Made by a program: the position numbers and the translations under genes. DNA of 64,000 nt from Stegostoma tigrinum. Taxonomy: Eukaryota. Below the pieces are notes generated by a model. That model made no database searches, was not told where the DNA came from, and saw only the letters and a list, made by a program, of their open reading frames with translations. The stretch covers positions 32,081,394 to 32,145,393 of the forward strand of contig NC_081365.1 in assembly GCF_030684315.1 (NCBI RefSeq). The letters are read 5' to 3'. Positions 38,672 through 51,800 of this stretch are shown piece by piece. Within the stretch, counting starts at the first letter, position 1. Every line of letters starts with the position of its first letter.

Positions 38672-41200
38672 GTAATCCCACAATTTAAAAATGGAGGTAG
38701 GGAGAAAACAGGGAATTATAGACTGGTTAGCCTGACATCAATCATGGGAAAAATGATAGAACATAGAACATAGAACACTACAGCGCAATACACGCTCTCC
38801 AGCCCTCGATGTTGTGCCGACTTGTGAAACCAATCTGAAGCCCATCTAACCTACACTATTCCATTATCATCCATATGTTTATCCAATGACCATTTAAATG
38901 CACTTAAAGTTGGCGAGTCTACTACTGTTGCTGGCAGGGCATTCCACGCCCTTACCACACCTCTCTGAGTAAAGAACCTGCCTCTGACATCTCTCCTATA
39001 TTTATCACCCCTCAATTTAAAGCTATGCCCCCTCATGTTAGCCATCTCCATCCGAGGAAAAAAGCTCACACTGCCCACCCTATCTAATCCTCTGATCATC
39101 TTGTATGTCTCTATTAGGTCACCTCTTAACCTTCTTCTCTCTAACAAAAGCAGCCTCAAGTCCCTCAGCCTTTCCTCATAAGATCTTCCCTCCATACCAG
39201 GCAACATCCTGGTAAATCTCCTCTGCACCCGTTCCAATGCTTCCACATCCTTCCTATAATGCAGCGACCAGAACTGTACACAATTCTCCAAGTACAGTCG
39301 CACCAGAGTTTTGTACAGCTGCAACATGACCTCATGGCTCAGAAACTCAATCCCTCTACCAATAAAACCCAACACACCGAGTGCCTTCTTAACAACCCTA
39401 CCAACCTGGGTGGCAACTTTCAGGGATCTATGCACATGAACGCCGAGAACTCTCTGCTCATCCACACTACCAAGAATCTTACCATTAGCCCAGTACTCTG
39501 TATTCTGTTACTCCTTCCAAAGTGAATCACCTCACACATTTCTGCATTAAACTCCATTTGCCACCTCTTAGCCCATCTCTGCAGTTTATCTAAATCCCTC
39601 TATAATCTGCAACATCCTTCTGCACTATCCACAATTCCACCGACTTTAGAGTCATCTGCAAATTTACTAACCCATCCTTCTACGCCCTCATCCAGGTCAT
39701 TTATAAAAATGACAAACAGCAGTGCCGCAAAACAGATCTTTGCGGTACACCACTAGAAACTGAACTCCAGGATGAACATTTCCCATTAACCACCACCTTC
39801 CGTCTTCTTCCAACTAGCCAATTTTAGATCCAAACTGCCAAATCACCCTCAATCCCATGCCTTCGTATTTTATACAATAGCCAATAGGATCCATTATAAA
39901 AGATTTAATAGTAGGCCGCTTGAAAAACAGTGACAGGATTGGACAGAGTGAACACGGACTTCGTAAGAGAAATCATGTTTGCCAAAACTGCTAGAATTTT
40001 GAAGGATGTAACTAATAGAGTCGATAAGAGGGAGCCAGTGGATGTTCTTTTACTTGGACTTTCAGATTTCCAATAAGGCCCCACACAAGGGATTAGTATG
40101 TAAAATTAAAGCAAATGGGATTGGGGGCAGTGTAACATGGACAGAGAACTGACTGGCAGACAGGAAACAAAGAATAGGAATAAATGGGTCTTTTCCCAGT
40201 TCACAACCAGTGTCTAGTGAAATACTACAGGGATCAGTGCTTGGGCCCCAGCTACTCATGATATCTATTAATGATTTAGATGGATGAACTAACCATAATA
40301 TCTTCAAGTTTGCATATGACACAAAGCTGAATGGGAGGGTGAACTATGAAGAGGATACAGAAATGCTTCAGTATGATTTGGACAAGCTGATTGGGCAAAT
40401 CCATGGCAAATGAAGTGTCACATTGATTATGTGAAATTAATAATTTAAAAAGTGTGTCAAATACAGGAAGGCAGAATATTGTCTGAACGGTGAGGGTTTG
40501 GGAAAAGGGTAGGTGGGATGAGACCTGGGTGTCATTGCATACCAGTTACTGAAGGTAAGCATGCAAGGGCAGCAGGTGTTGAAGAAGGTGAATGGTATGT
40601 TGGCGTTGAGGGGAGGGATGACATACTGAAGTTGTACAGGGGCTTGATGAGTCTACAGCTGGGTGCAGTTTTGGGTCTCCTTATCTGAGGAAGGATGTTC
40701 TGGCTATGGAGGGAGTGCAATAAAAAGTTTACCAGACTAATTCATGGGATGACAGGACTGACATATGAAAAAAGTTTGGATCAGTAAGGTCCATATTCAT
40801 TGGTTTAGAAGAATGAGGGGCGATCTCATATAAAATTCTAACAGGATTAGGCAGGGTGAATGCAGGAAGACTGTTCCCAATGATTAGGGAGTCAAGAACC
40901 CATAGGTCAGGGTTTAACAATGTGAGGTAGGTCATTTAGGTCTGAGATAAAGAGAAAGTTCTTCATAGAGACAGTGGTGAACCTGTGAAATTCTTCTGTC
41001 ACAGATAGCAGCTGATGTCAGAATGTTGAATGTTTTCAAGAAGGAATTAGATACAGTTCTTAGAGCTCAATGGATCAAAGGGTATGGGGTGAAAATTGGA
41101 ACAGGGCACCCGATTGAATGATCATCCATGATTTTAATTAAAGATGAAGCAGACTGGAATAGCTACATGGCCTACTCCTGCTCCAAAGTTTCTGTGTTCC
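38672..41200 (+). mobile_element. CR1 ORF2 3' half plus 3' UTR, split by a nested antisense CR1
   Basis: GNYRLVSLTSIMGK before the insert resumes as SIIKD...QSEHG...DFQ...QGSVLGP...KFAxDTKL after 39884. Confidence 0.85.
38758..39883 (-). mobile_element. Young 5'-truncated CR1 nested in CR1
   Basis: 204-aa ORF 38851-39465 (LYKTLVR...CVQFWS...VQRRFTRMLPG...WNALP) is the CR1 ORF2 C-terminus; (TTCTATG)n tail at 38758-38775. Confidence 0.92.
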
Positions 41201-42751
41201 TACCATTGATAAAATATTAAATTTGCACCATGACTTGCCCCAGAGATAGTGCTGGAAGCCTGCTAGTACACTGAACAGTATCCCATTTTATTTCACATGC
41301 CCACAAACCAAAATACTACCCAAAAATGGCTGGAGAAAGATGATTTCTAACCTTCGGATTTGTCCATGGGAGAAATCTTTAGTCTTTATATCTCACATAC
41401 AGCTTGTTAGGAAATTTGGGTTTTTTTTCACCCAGTTTATCCTACCTTGCAGATTACTCTGTATTTAGCACCACATTTTGATTCATGAATTGGTTTGCCT
41501 GTGGAAGGACAGAAAGAAGCAAATCATTTTTAATGGCCATAAGATTAAATGCTGTATTGAAGAGCATCTAAATTATGATGGGAGGAATTGAGACCCAATA
41601 ACACCAGATTAAATGTGTATAGTGTTTTTGTCACAGCAAAAAAGATTTAAAACATATCATATTTGTAGCTTAGTGGTAAGTAGGGTTAGCAGGAAGTTCT
41701 GGGATTTGGCCAAAGATGTTATCATTGCAGGTTTCTGTGTTGATGTTCGAAAGTGGACAGATATTACAAGGGGAAGGGGGTTAACGGGCGAGCTACAGCA
41801 AATCAGCCCTCAATGGTCGAGTGAGGGGAGACTGTTGTAAGTCCTAGTAGGGCTGAGGGTGGAGATCGGACTGGAGGAAGTTAAACTGGGAGGAGCAAAA
41901 CTGTGAAAGGGTGTACAAATGAGGATAAAGAGTTTGAATGAATTCTGAGGAATGAAAAGTCAATAAGAGTTGACCATTCTATTGAATGAATGAACATTAG
42001 TGTAAGAAAGATTGCAATGAATGAAGTTCCATATGAGTTAGAGTCTATGGGTGACAGTTGTACACTCGTGAAATGTATCAACTTCCATCCTCGCATTATC
42101 CAGCACAAGCAAGCAGTAAGCTAATGATATAGAATTCATCACTTCTAAAGTCTTCCAAGAACAAGCCCATATAAGCAATCATCAAATGAAAACAAGCACC
42201 GAATAGCTTTGGAAGAGCCTCTGTTAATTCAGATGGAGACACCTTGTGAGAATGGTCAGCATTGGCAATTTTTATTGCCTTTTAATTTATTTTTCTGGTG
42301 GCAAGTCATATATTAACACTATGACCTGCAAATAAATCCACTCATTTTCAATATTTCCTTCCTTGCTTCTATCCCCTTAACTACTTGTGATGTTTGGTGC
42401 ACTGCAGATACTAGTGGTGTTTTTCATTCAAGGTAATATTGCTGTAGTACAGGCATTCAGCCACCAGGTGAAATGCTTACACTTTGAGCTAATAAGTTCC
42501 TTGAGAGGAAAAATTTGTGGTTTTCCAACTTCTGTCACAACTCTCAAAGTTTGTGAAACTAATTTTGAAGACCTGGGTCTGATATAACTGATTAATTGAT
42601 AAATGAATCATCTAGTTCAATAAGGATCAGATCTCTCACCCAAATACAATGGTTATATATTTTAAAAATTGGCCGACAAAATGCAGACAAGTTGAACTCT
42701 TACCAGTATTTCTGAGAAATCCACGGAAACAGAAGTTTTCCATTTAGCTGC

Positions 42752-42837
42752 TGTGGTGTGCAGACTTCCTCGAGGGAAAATTAATAAACATAGGAACAAA
42801 TAAATATCCACAGATAAGGAATTCCCAGAATGGCGAG
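42752..42837 (+). promoter_or_regulatory. Candidate lymphoid promoter and non-coding first exon of the IgSF gene
   Basis: Adjacent RUNX (TGTGGT 42752-42757) and ETS (ACTTCCT 42764-42770) motifs; donor GAG|GTATTG at 42837/42838; the leader exon has an upstream acceptor at 44740. Confidence 0.3.
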
Positions 42838-44755
42838 GTATTGCCCAATTTACCTGGATCAGAGATCAAAAATCACATCAGTGCTGGTTAAAATGGAATC
42901 ACAGACACATTAGGATTTCCTTACAAACTATTGTGGGACTGACTGGAAGGAATCCCAGCCCTTAGATTTAGGTTTAATTGTTTTAAGCCCTGGTTATATG
43001 CAATTACAGTACAGTTCCTTAGAGATCAGATACAAGATAAGACCCCAAAGATTCTGATCACTTGGAATCCCTACTTCTGACCAAGATTAGACAGTAGGTT
43101 GCAAAGTTACATCCCTGTAACTTACCAGGCCTGAGTCTCCATGCACAAGAATACTTGCATAGAAGTCTGCAGAAAATATTTGAGGAATCTACTCCCAACC
43201 CTTGTGCCTACAGCTTTAACTCATGCATTTCAGTAAGTAAACACAGTTTAAATGTCCAAAGTTTCTTGGAAAGGTTATGGAAAGAAGGTAAGTTGGTGAG
43301 GGAGCAGGGTGGCCAGTGGACAGGAAAAGCATTGTCCACTGGGTGATGGTTAGGATGGAGGTCAGTAGGTCACAGGGTAGAGGGGCCAATGGTTGAAGGA
43401 GGAGTTAGCTGGCAGGTGGGTGGGTGTGTTGTGTACAGTAGGTGACTGATGGGTTGGGAAGTAGGTTGGTAGGGGCATAAGGTGGCAGGTGGCCGAGTGA
43501 AAAAATAGAATAGCAGGTGTAAGGATGGCAGCATGTGTTGGAGTAGGTCAAATGACGAGGTCAGGTCAGGGACGCAGTGAAGTCTGGCTAAAGGAAAGGG
43601 TTGATGGGGCTAGTTTAGTTGGCAAAGTGGGGTGGGGGGCAGTCTTGCTGAGTCGGGGGTGTTGGGAATGGTGATTGGTGGGTTGGGAACACAGGGTCAG
43701 AGTGAGTCAGTGAGGGGGTTGGTGTGTGGAAGATGGTCAGTCATTAATCCTTCTAAGTAAGTATCTAGTTCAGGGAGTCAGAACCCTCCAAAATATGGAA
43801 CAATAGCTCTGTTTTGTGAACTTACGCAGATGGCTGTGAGCGCTTATCAGGGGCATGATCAGAAATTTCTCCAAAATATTTTCAAAATCTCCACCTTAAA
43901 TGAAGGACTGTAAATAATACAAAAGCAGGGAGTTGAAATGTTGTTTAACCAGGGAAACTGGTTCCAGTGGAAATCTTTAAAATTCTTCTGTCAAAAGAGA
44001 ACATTTGAAAAGTTTTGGTATTGCTTCTGTGGAATAAATATTTTGGTTGTCTGGAAAATAGTTGACCGGAGTAGTGAACTATTTTTAATACATCTATTGG
44101 CTTCCATCAGGAATTACAGAAGTGGGATATATATCACTGATCATTTGAATTTCAGGTAACCTCTTCTCTCAGGTTTTAAAACCTCCAGAGTGAAACTAAA
44201 CCTTATTGCACCCGAGACTGGGTGTGTCAGATAAAACTATGTGACATATTCCAACAAACATTTACATCCAGGTATTGAAAAGGAAAACCTATGTGAAATA
44301 ACTTAAATCTATTTCTCATTTAATTTCTGATTTCTGAAGCTCCAGGTAGGGGCATAGTGTTCTGACTTAACATTTATTCACGAAGACATATTCAAAACAG
44401 AGATTTTCAAACTGCTATCCCATAACATTACAGTCAGTATGAATTATAAAAGCACAAATAGGATTGGATAAGGCTGAGATTTGAGGGTCAAATGACCAAG
44501 ATCCAGATCCTGGGCAATAAAATGGACAATAAATGCTGGGCTAGCCAGCAATGTCTCCATCCCATGAAGGAAAGAAACAAAAACACTATCTGAACATCGC
44601 TAATATCTCTGAGAAGTATCCTGGAAAATCTCTTGATATTAATGTAAATTGTTTAAATAAATTGTAATGTATAACATATGTAACTTATAAACCAAGTATT
44701 CATTCTTTTCTCAAATGAATGGTTTCTGTTATATCTTCAGAATGAAACAGATGAA

Positions 44756-44819
44756 ATGACAGCTCTGGGGACCCGAGTATTCAAACTTTGTGTTCTGCTT
44801 CATTTTTTTCATCTTGCAG
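44756..44819 (+). CDS. Signal-peptide exon of the VJ-C1 IgSF receptor (MTALGTRVFKLCVLLHFFHLA)
   Basis: Hydrophobic 21-codon leader; phase-1 donor GCAG|GTATGA; joins the V exon in frame (G+TG = Val, then WSKKLTVFQ); acceptor ttcag at 44740. Confidence 0.72.
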
Positions 44820-46304
44820 GTATGAATAATTCAGGTCTAACATCATTAATGAGTAACTGCAGTCACAATGAATTGCAGAAGGAGGAAAGAAATGATAGAA
44901 ATATTTTCTGACAAACAGAAATATTCCTTACTTGAACTTTACAAATCATTGGTTATAATACTATTTGTTTTAGTCACAAAGTAATTTTGAAAATGCACCC
45001 AAAACTTCCACAGCATTCCCATCAATATTTCTTTCCTTCTTATGCTGAATGCATAAAGCCTTCTCAAAATCTTACTCTTTGGCTATGCCTTAGCCATGAA
45101 GCTTAATTCTCATTAAAATACTTGCTTCTCTTTATTTCAATCAAGTGCTTTGGGGTTTCTTATTGTATTGTGAAAGCGATAAGGGGAGGGCAGCCAGAAG
45201 AAACTGCAAAGTAAAGCATAAAACAATGAAAACAGCCAGCTTAGAACAAGGAAACAGACAAGTTAATTAACATATTGGTGCTGGAATGTCTAAATGAGTT
45301 AGGATATGGCAGCACAGTTCAATTATGTGGAATGCCTACCCTTTTTGGGAACGGTGGATGCTTCATGTGGCCTAGATGATCAAGAAATATCTTCAGCTGC
45401 GAAATTTCAAACTCTTGCTTTTGGAACTTGAACAGCAGCAAGAGTCACAATGGTGCATCAGTAAAGCTGAGAGCTATGTGGATAGCACTATCAATAAAGA
45501 GGTCACATAGTTAATTAAGACTAGACAATGAAAGGTAACTGCTGGTCAGTCTAGAAAGAACAAGTAGGTAGTGCAGGAATCCCCAAAATCTATCTCGTTC
45601 ACGAACCCCTTTTGTAAAGCAGTGAGGACAATGGTTCATCTGAGGAATGTAATGAGAGCCAAGCTTTTGTCACAGCAAATGGCTCAGCTGCACTGAGGGT
45701 AGGGTGGAAGAGTGGGCAGGTGGTTCAATGGTTCACGGAACAGACAGGCATTTCTGAGGTCTTATGTGACTTCCGATTAGCATGTTGCCTCGATGATCCA
45801 GGCTTGAGGTTCTCACAGTGTGGCTGCAAGACATTCTTTTGGGGAGATGAACAGCCAGACGTCGTGATAGTTTTGGCATCAGTGGCCACAGTAGAAAGAG
45901 AGATGAAGTCCTGATAGTAAAATTTAGGAAGCCCAGCATATGGCTGAAAAGCAGGACCACAAAGGCAGTAATCTGTAAGTATACAAAAAGTGTGACAATA
46001 GTTCATAATACGTTATTGTTTGGGAATTTGGATTTCAAGGTAGAAGTTAATGTGCATTTTTTCAGTTTTGGGAAATTAAGGTCAGAAAATCGTTTTGAAC
46101 TGTGAGTTCAAACATTATTTCCAAGAAAGCCTGAGACTTAAGCAAAATGACAAGATATTTGTGCAGTTAATTGTTGAAATGTTTATAAAGTTGTACTTTT
46201 AGGACATATGGAATGTCAGAACAGGGTCACAATCACAATGAGAGCTGTGGAGGAAGATTGCCTGTACATGATAATTTTCTGAAGAAATATGTTGAGGGCA
46301 CTAG

Positions 46305-48096
46305 AGATAATGGGAACTGCAGATGCTGGAGAATCCGAGATAACAAAGTGTGGAGCTGGATGAACACAGCAGGCCAAGCAGCATCTCAGGAGCACAAAAG
46401 CTGATGTTTCAGGCCTAGACCCTTCATCAGAAAAGGGGGAGGGGGAGATGGTTCTGAAATAAATAAGGGGAGAGGGGGAGGCAGATCGAAGTTGGATAGA
46501 GGAGAAGATAGGTGGAGAGGAGACAGACAAGTTAAAGGGGTAGGGATGGAGCCAGTAGAGGTGAGTATAGTGGGGAATTTGGGAAGGGATAGGTCAGTCC
46601 GGGGAGGATGGACTGGTCAAGGGGGGCGGGATGAGGTCAATAGGTAGGGAATGGAGGTGCGGCTTGAGATAGGAGAAGGGGATGGGTGAGAGGAAGAACA
46701 GGATAGGGAGGCGGGGACGAGCTGGGCTGGTTGTGGGATGTGGTAGGGGGAGGGTAGATTTTGAAGCTTGGGGTCTGGGATGGGGGTGAGGGAGGAGTTA
46801 TGGAGGCAAGTATAGCACTTCCTTCGGTTGCAGGGGAAAGTGCCGGGTGTGTTGGGGTTCGAGGGGAGTGTGGAATGGACAAGGGAGTCACAGAGACAGT
46901 GGTCTCTCTGGAAAGCAGACAAGGGTGGGGGTGGGAAAATGTCTTTGGAGGTGGGGTCGGACCGCAACTTCCTCCCCGGCAGTGTTGAGAACGCCCTTGA
47001 CCATGTCTCCCGCATTTCCCGCAACTCATCCCTCACACCCCGTCCCCACAATAACCACCAAAAGAGAATCCCCCTCGTCCTCACATACCACCCCACCAAC
47101 CTCTGGATACAACGCATCATCCTCTGACGCTTCCGCCATCTGCAGTCTGACTCCACCACCAAAGACATTTTTCCATCCCCACCCTTGTCTGCCTTCCGGA
47201 GACACACTCTCTCCGTGACTCCCTTGTCCGCTCCACACTGCCCTCCAACCCCTCCACACCCGGCACCTTCCCCTGCAACTGCAGGAAGTGCTACACTTGC
47301 CCCCACACCTCCTCCCTCACCCCCATCCCAGGCCCCAAGAAGACTTCCCACATCAAGCAGATGTTCACCTTCACATCTGCTAATGCGGTATACTGCATCC
47401 ATTGAACCCGGTGTGGCTCCTTCTACATCAGGGAAACCACGCGGAGGCTTGGGGATCGCTTTGCAGAACACCTACGCTCGGTTCGCAATAAACAACTGCA
47501 CCTCCCAGTCGCGAACCACTTCAACTCCCCCTCCCATTCCTCAGACAACATGTCCATCATGGGCCTCCTGCAGTGCCACAACAATGCCGCCCGAAAGTTG
47601 CAGGAACAGCACCTCATATTCTGCTTGGGAACCCTGCAGCCCATTGGTATCAATGTGGATTTCACAATCTTCAAAACCTCCCCTCCCCCCACTGTATCCC
47701 AAAACTAGCCCAGCTCGTCCCTGCCTCCCTAACCTGTCCTTCCTCTCACCTATCCCCTCCTCCCACCCCAAGCCACACCTCCATTCCCTATCTACTAACC
47801 TCATCCCGCCCCCTTGACCTGTCCGTCCTCCCCGGACTGACCTATCCCCTCCCTCCCTCCCCACCTACACTCACATCTACTGGCTCCATCCCCACCCCTT
47901 TAACTTGTCTGCCTCCTCTCCACCTATCTCCTCCCCTATCCGTCTTTGATCCGCTCCCCCCCCTTCCCTATTTATTCCAGAACCCTCTCCCCATCCCCCT
48001 CTCTGATGAAGGGTCTAGGCCCGAAGAGTCAGCTTTTGTGTTCCTGAGATGCTGCTTGGCCTGCTGTGTTCATCCAGCTCCACACTTTGTTACCTC
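46305..48096. mobile_element. Penelope-like retroelement with inverted structure (- arm 46305-~46960, + arm ~46961-48096), GIY-YIG endonuclease remnant
   Basis: RIPLVLTYHPTNL and VYCIH...YIRET.RRLGDRFAEHLRS motifs; terminal repeats at both ends; 15-bp TSD TGTTGAGGGCACTAG at 46290-46304 and 48097-48111. Confidence 0.92.
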
Positions 48097-48681
48097 TGTT
48101 GAGGGCACTAGCTATTTTACATTTAATAGTATGGAGTGAGAAATGGCTAATTGATAATTCTGTGTAATACAAACTTTAATATTTACCAAATAAATTTGAA
48201 AATGTTGTATTTCAATCTGAAACTAAGATCTTAAATGATAACAGGGGCAATTATAAAGGCCGAGGAGAAAACTTGCTGCGGTGGATCAAAAATACATTAT
48301 AAGGTTTGACAGTACATGAAACATTGGCTATTATTTAAAGAACCAAAACATTCACTGTGAAAATATATTCATTATAAGATAAAAATACCCAAAAGGAAAA
48401 TCAGAAGAGTCATGGCTAACACAGGAAATTAAAGAAAATATCAGATCGAAGAAGAAGGCTTATAGCGTTGCCAAAATATATGTAAGCCTGAGAATTGGTA
48501 GAATTTCAGAAAGAATAGGATATGAATGTAAGATAGCAAGAAACATTAAGACAGACATTAATAGCTTTTATCAAGAAGAGAAAAGTAAATGATTAGCAAA
48601 GGACAAATGTGGTTCAAATGCAGGCAAACACAAGCAAATTAATAATAGGAAATGTAGAAATGGCAGAAAAACTGAATGAGT

Positions 48682-49496
48682 GATAATGGGAACTGCAGAT
48701 GCTGGAGAATCCAAGATAATAAAATGTGAGGCTGGATGAACACAGCAGGCCCAGCAGCATCTCAGGAGCACAAAAGCTGATGTTTCGGGCCTAGACCCTT
48801 CATCAGAGACAGGGATGGGGTGAGGGTTCTGGAATAAATAGGGAGAGAGGGGGAGGCAGACGGAAGATGGAGAGAAAAGAAGATAGGTGGAGAGGAGAGT
48901 ATAGGTGGGGAGGTAGGGAGGGGATAGGTCAGTCCAGGGAAGACGGACAGGTCAAGGAGGTGGGATGAGGTTAGTAGGTAGGAGATGGAGGTGCGGCTTG
49001 GGGTGGGAGGAAGGGATGGGTGAGAGAAAGAACAGGTTAGGGAGGCAGAGACAGGTTGCACTGGTTTTGGGATGCAGTGGGTGGAGGGGAAGAGCTGGGC
49101 TGGTTGTGTGGTGCAGTGGGGGGAGGGGACGAACTGGGCTTGTTTTGGGATGCTGTGGGGGAAGGGGAGATTTTGAAACTGGTGAAGTCCACATTGATAC
49201 CATTGGGCTGCAGGGTTCCCAAGCGGAATATAAGTTGCTGTTCCTGCAACCTTCGGGTGGCATCATTGTGGCACTGCAGGAGGCCCATGATGGACATGTT
49301 ATCTAAAGAATGGGAGGGGGAGTGGAAATGGTTTGCGACTGGGAGGTGCAGTTGTTTATTACAAACCGAGCGGAGGTGTTCTGCAAAGCGGTCCCCAAGC
49401 CTCCGCTTGGTTTCCCCAATGTAGAGGAAGCTACACCGGGTACAATGGATGCAGTATACCACATTGGCAGATGTGCAGGTGAACCTCTGCTTAATA
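48682..49496 (-). mobile_element. 5'-truncated Penelope-like element (GIY-YIG domain plus terminal repeat)
   Basis: ORF 49037-49462 VYCIHCTRCSFLYIGETKRRLGDRFAEH...EQQLIFRLGTLQPNGIN is the PLE GIY-YIG endonuclease. Confidence 0.92.
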
Positions 49497-50149
49497 TGAA
49501 TGGGTATTTTATGCCCTTCTTCACAATAGAAGACACAAGAAGACTTTTGTCAGTTAATCCAAGAGTCTAGTGAGAATGTGGAACTGAAAGAAATTATTAT
49601 TAGTGAAAATATCAGATTGGAAAAATTAACAGGATGGCAAGTTGACACATCCCTGGGGCCTGCTGACCTTCACTCTCTAGTGTCAAAAATGATGACTACA
49701 CAGGTATTGGATGCCTTAGTGATGATCTTTCAAAATTCTAATAATTAGGCAATGATACCTGCAGGTCAGAAGGTTACACATGTTACGAGTCATAGAGTCC
49801 GAGACTTGTACAGCTCAGTAACAGAACCTTCAGTCCTTTAGGAAAGGAGGGATCAATAAAACAACAAATGAACGATTTACTAGCCTGGTTTTAATAATCA
49901 GGAAAATGTTGGAATCTACTTTAAAGAATATGATTATTGGGTATTTAGAAAATAATTGTTCTGATTTGATTAAGTCAACTTGAATTTATGAAAGGATGCC
50001 ACGTTTGATGAACCTGATAGATTTTTCGGAGGATGTTACTTACTTAAGGGTTGATAAGGGGGAACCAGTGGATATGTCACATTTAGACTTTCAGGTTTTT
50101 TTTATAAACTCCAACACAAGAGGTTAGTAAACAATATTAAAGTGCATGG

Positions 50150-50678
50150 TTGCAGGAACAGCAACTCATATTCCGCCTGGGAACCCTGCAGCCATATGGT
50201 ATCAATGTGGACTTCACCAGTTTCAAAATCTCCCCTTCCCCCACTGCATCCCTAAACCAGCCCAGTTCATCCCCTCCCCCCACTGCACCACACAACCAGC
50301 CCAGCTCTTCCCCCCCACCCACTGCATCCCAAAACCAGTCCAACCTGTCTCTGCCTCCCTAACCGGTTCTTCCTCTCACCCATCCCTTCCTCCCACCCCA
50401 AGCCGCACCCCCAGCTACCTACTAACCTCATCCCACCTCCTTGACCTGTCCGTCTTCCCTGGACTGACCTATCCCCTCCCTACCTCCCGACCTACACCCT
50501 CTCCACCTATCTTCTTTACTCTCCATCTTCGGTCCGCCTCCCCCTCTCTCCCTATTTATTCCAGTTCCCTCCCCCCATCCCCCTCTATGATGAAGGGTCT
50601 AGGCCCAAAACGTCAGCTTTTGTGCTCCTGGGATGCTGCTTGGCCTGCTGTGTTCATCCAGCCTCACATTTTATTATC
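50150..50678 (+). mobile_element. 5'-truncated Penelope-like element
   Basis: EQQLIFRLGTLQPYGINVDF C-terminus and terminal repeat; 13-bp TSD TTAAAGTGCATGG at 50137-50149 and 50679-50691. Confidence 0.9.
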
Positions 50679-51590
50679 TTAAAGTGCATGGGATTGGGAT
50701 AAAATGTTCGCATGGATTGTGGAATGGTGGCCAGCTAGAAAGAAGGGAATAGGAATAATTGAGTCATTCTGCGGTTGGCCAGTGGGGTACCACAAGGATC
50801 ACTGCTTGGACCCAAGCTGTTCACAACCTATATCAATGATTCAAATATAGGGCCAATTGTAATATTTTCATTTTAGCAGGTGATGTAAACTTGATGACAA
50901 TGTGAGTTATAAGGAGAATGCAAAGGAACACCAATGGCATTTAGTCACATTATTTGAATGGACAACAATATGACAGATAAGGGATAATGTGGTTATTTGA
51001 GAGGTTACCCACTTTAGTACCAGGAACAAAGGTGCAGAGTATTTCTTAAATGGTAAGAGAGTGCAAAGTTTTGATGGGATCTTAGTGCCCTTGTTCATGA
51101 GTCACTGAAAGTTAACATGCAGGTGCAGCAAGTAAATGTGGCTATGAGGAGAGGTTGGAAAAACTTGGGTTGTTCTCATTGGAATGATGGAGGTTGAGGA
51201 GAAGCTTGATAGAGGCCTACAAGATTATGAAGGGCATGGACAGAGTGGACAGTTAGAAGCTTTTTCCCAAGTTGGAAGAATCAGTTACTCGGGGTTATAG
51301 ATTTAAGGTACGAGGAGCAAGGTTAAAGGAGATGTATGAGGCAAGTTTTTTACAGAGGATGGTGGGTGCCTGGAACTCACTGCTGGAGGAGGGAGTGGAA
51401 GCAGATATGATAGTGACTTTTAAAGGACATCTTGACAAATAGATGAATAAGATGGTAATAGAGGAATGCGTTCCCCGGAAGGGTAGGGGGTTTTAGTTGT
51501 GATGGGCAACATGTCGATGCAGGCTTAGAGGACTAAAGGGCCTGTTCCTGTGCTACAATTTTCTTTGTTCTTTGTTATGTTAGAAACATA

Positions 51591-51800
51591 GAGAATGCTG
51601 GAGAAACTCAACAGGTCTGGCAGCATCTGTGGAGAGAGAAACAGAGTTGACGTTTTGTGTCTAGTGCGACTCTTCTTCAGGTTCTTCTTATGTTCTAAGA
51701 AGAGATACAAGACTCAAAATGTTAACTCTGTTTCTCTCTGTACCAGACCTGCTGAGTTTCATTTTCTGCATCTGTTTCAAAATTTCCAGCCTCTGTAGTA
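51591..51800. mobile_element. Older Penelope-like inverted terminal-repeat pair
   Basis: aactcaacaggtctgg...gagagaaacagagttgacgttttg mirrored by caaaatgttaactctgtttctctc...ccagacctgctgagtt. Confidence 0.7.

Larger units (their letters stand above)
48150..51570 (+). mobile_element. CR1 ORF2 remnant(s) carrying two Penelope insertions
   Basis: CR1 RT motifs (VDMSHLDFQ, GVPQGSLLGP) and a CR1 3' end at ~51140-51570. Confidence 0.8.

Noticed and set aside
43300-43740. G-rich strand-biased tract upstream of the leader exon
   Set aside because: No regular periodicity; likely a degenerate low-complexity repeat interior, with no support for a switch-like or regulatory role
46617-48139. Long Pro/Gly-rich ORFs of 188-284 aa
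   Set aside because: Alternative frames of Penelope GIY-YIG and low-complexity 3' sequence, not host genes
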